A stretch of 64,000 nt of DNA from Camelus dromedarius (taxonomy: Eukaryota): positions 9,734,001 to 9,798,000 of the forward strand of contig NC_087462.1 in assembly GCF_036321535.1 (NCBI RefSeq), read 5' to 3'. Under the pieces are notes generated by a model that was not told where the DNA came from, searched no databases, and saw only the letters and a program-made list of their open reading frames with translations. Positions within the stretch are counted from its first letter, which is position 1. The number at the start of each line of letters is the position of its first letter. The translations under genes were made by a program, and so were the position numbers. Positions 60,850-64,000 of this stretch are shown piece after piece.

Positions 60850-63066
60850 GTGAGTGCAGCCCAGGCCTGGTCCCAGGGCTGGAGCGGGTCGGAGGCGGGC
60901 TGCACGTCCTGAGGGCGAACACTGGCGAGCTGCAAGGGCGGCTTGGGGATCCCTGAGGGCTTGGGGTGGGGAGAGAGTTTGGTGACTGGGGGTGGGGTTT
61001 GGATTGGGGCGGGTCTAGGGGCGGGGCCGGGATCTGAAAGAGTGAGGGGTTGGGGCACTCTGAGGGTGCCTGCAGGGGACAGCTTGAGGGTTTCTGGAGG
61101 GAGTTGAGTAGTGGCTGCTTGGGTGACCTCAGGAAGCTGGAGGGCAACTTGGGGGTCTTTGGGCCGTGGGTAGGACTTCCAAAGAGCTGAGGCTGACTGG
61201 GAGGCCGTGCGTGATTAGGGGGTCTCAATGGGGCCTTGGTGACTGTGGGAGGACTCTAGGAGCTCTTCAAGGACTCCGGTAGGTCCCTAGGCGTTCTCAG
61301 GGGGCTTTCTCGGGAAAGATGAAAGGGTTACCTTGAAAGGGCTTTTTAGGGTCTTTGAAGAGTGTTTTGTCTCAAGGCCATTTATAGGTTTCTCTGTGTT
61401 CGGGGTGCCCTGCGAGAATTTGAGGTCTGGGTGTGACTTTGGAGGTTGTTCAGGGTCTCTGGAGAGGTTGCTGTGTATTCCAAGACTTGCTTAGGAGTCC
61501 CTGGTGACTGGGAGTCCCTGGGGAGGGGATTCTGGGGTTGTTTGCAGGCCTCCTGGGAAGGTCTCTGGGATGTCTCCGAGGAGCTTGCTCAAAGAAGTTG
61601 TTTGGGAGTCCTGGGGTGAAATAAGTTTCTGAGCATTCTCATCAGAGCACATCTCAGGAACAGCCTCCTTGTGGGAGCCCACGAGTACCTGCTGTGAATC
61701 TCCCAGGTTTGGTGCCCTCAGGAAGTTGGAGGGCTAACCCATTGTAAGGGTGAAGAAACGGAGGCTCCATGAGTGGCAGGATGGTGTGGAGCTGGGAAAA
61801 GTGCCACTGCAAATTGACTGGTTGGAACCTTCTAGAACCTGTCCTGTTCCTTCCATGCCCTGGCTCCTGCCCCTGCCCTTGGTCTTCATCCATGCAGATC
61901 TGACTGTGTCTTCTGCTCAGACACCTTCCACGATCTCCATCCTCTGCAGTAGAAAAGACTCAGTCTCCAGCTGGGCACTTGAGCTCCTGCCAACCTATCC
62001 CCTGCCCTCTTGCCACTCCCCACCTCTGTAGGTTCACCTCTGTAGGTTCACCCCCGAATCAACTTGCCTTGTCAAGTTCAGGTTGCTACTTCTGTCTAGA
62101 ACACACTGGGCCTCCTTATGCCTGGTGACGCCTTATGATGTTGCCTCCCTTGGGGACCCTTTGCTGAATTTTTCTGCTCAGAACCTCCCATGGCTTCTTG
62201 TTGCCCTTAGAATCTAGACCACATGAGCTTTCTGACTGTATCCCCAACCTCCTTTCCTTTGTCACTTTTCCAGCTACAATGGCTTCCTTGCTGTTCTTAA
62301 ACACACTCATATTTGTTCTGGCCCCAGGGCATTTGCACTTGCTTTCCCCTCTGCCCAGATCAGTCTTCCCCCGCTATTCATTTTCATCATGCCATGGCTT
62401 AGATGTCACCTTCTCAGACAGCCCTCCCCTGACCCTGTGTCTCTGTAGACCCTCCCACCTAGTTGCTCTCTGGGGGAATGGCCAACATTTACACAGTGCT
62501 CCTTCTGTATGTGGCACCATGCTAAGCCTGACTTCTTCAGGCCCTCCCAACAACCTGGTGAGGTGAGTACTCTCTGGTCTCATCTTACAGAGGAGCTGCA
62601 AACTAAGGCACAGCATGGTTTTGTGACTTGCCCAAGGTCACACAGCTGGCAAGTAGTAGGGGCAAGATTTGAACCCAGGCAGCATGGCCCCAGAGCTTGA
62701 CTTGTAACCATGAGCAGCACTTGTCATTTGTAATGATCTTATGTGTCTGCTTTTTTGCCTTTTACTTTTTGGGTCTCTTCTTCCCCCCTGCATTCCCCCT
62801 CCCCAAACTGTGAGCCCTGTGGGGACCCAGATAGAGATTGTGTTGGTCTTTGTGCCCCTGTGGCCCTGGTCTCCCATCAGGGTGGCACACAGCAGGAGGA
62901 CGGGATATATCTTTTGGCTGGGAAGCCTTCCCTCCTTCCTTGGGCTTGCCCAGGCCCCAGCTCTGCTCCATGGGACAGGGGACATCTGTGTTCGCTCTGC
63001 CTCCCCCAGCACAGGGCAGGGGCTGGGTCCACTCCAAGTCCCCAACACAGAGCGTAACACGCTTTC

Positions 63067-63535
63067 TGTAGGAGGCAGCCTCAAAGATGGCCCACTTCCT
63101 GGTCTTCATGCCCTTGTACTTCCCTTTGAGTGTAGGCTGGACTTAGTGACTTATTTCTAAGAATAGAATACAGCAAATGTAATAGGATATTACTTCTGAG
63201 ATTAGGTAATAAAAAAGACTGTGGCTTCCATCTTGGGTGCTCTCTCGGGTCACTGCCTTGGCAGAAGAAGCCAGCTGCCATGATGTGAGACAGCTCTGTG
63301 GACAGTCTCAAGTGAGTGAACTTGGAAGTGAATTCTCTCTTGGTGAAACTTTGAGATGACCACAGCCCCAGCCAACATCTTGATTACAGCCTCAAAAGAG
63401 ACCCTGAGCCAGAACCACCTGGCTAAGCTGCTTCTGGATTCCTGACCCCCAGAAACTGTGAGATAGTAGATGTTTGCCGTTTCCAGTTGGTAATTTGAGG
63501 GATAATTTGTTACACAGCAATAGGTAACTAATGTG
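63067..63535 (+). mobile_element. MLT1F-like MaLR LTR
   Basis: tgtaggaggcagcctcaaagatggccc...gagaccctgagccagaaccacc...ttgttacacagcaataggtaactaat. Confidence 0.8.
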
Positions 63536-64000
63536 ACTTGTATAGCACACCCCTCTCTGCCAATACCAGGCCTTGTTCTAATGCTCTCACAGTCCCGTAA
63601 GGAAGGAATGCTTATTAACCCCATCTTACACTTGGTGAACCAAAGCACAGAGAGGTGAGGTCATTTGCTCAATAACACACAGCCAGGCAGGGGCAGGGCT
63701 CCAGAGTCTGTGTTCTTAGCTGCTCTGTTGTACTGGGCTGGGGGCTGCATTTAGACCCTAGGATCAGAAAATATTTAAGCACCCCAAGCCAGTTCTTCCA
63801 ACTTGTCCTTGTATTTACGTCATGACATCTGATCACATTCAGCCTTGTTTGTTTCTTCCTGCCCTGGTTCCCTGGAGCTCAGGGTGAAAACAGGAGGGGG
63901 CAGAAGGAGCAGAGGGACAAGAAGAGGCCTCAGGAAGGGCCCAAAGGCAAACAGTGGCCTCTTTGTCCCCAGGGAGGGGGTGGTTTGTGCTGTTGCCAGG

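Overview
Mammalian genomic DNA, most likely a camelid, judging from 12 copies of a tRNA-derived Vic-1-like SINE. It is syntenic to human 19p13.11. Gene order: CCDC194 (minus, exons 1-2, continues off the left edge); BST2/tetherin (minus, 4 coding exons plus a 3'UTR exon); a ~19-kb block of mostly ERV/LTR and L1 remnants, including a 12.7-kb nested provirus; MVB12A (plus, 9 exons, 273 aa); TMEM221 (minus, 3 exons, 291 aa); NXNL1/RdCVF (minus, 2 exons, 218 aa, plus a 109-aa intron-read-through form); and the first coding exon of SLC27A1/FATP1 (plus). There are two N gaps. The most unusual signals concern tetherin. (1) The ancestral ATG is TTG, while the Y6-x-Y8 endocytosis/signalling peptide behind it is intact. 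(2) No canonical poly(A) signal is present in the native 3' end, and the first AATAAA lies inside a solo ERV1 LTR inserted in the sense orientation. (3) The C-terminal GPI-signal region ends in a polar ESWQG tail. Upstream lies a class III (ERV-L-like pol) provirus carrying a gamma-type env, invaded by a second, class I ERV. Exon coordinates were read by hand from splice sites. Family names for repeats come from recalled consensus resemblance, not a database search.
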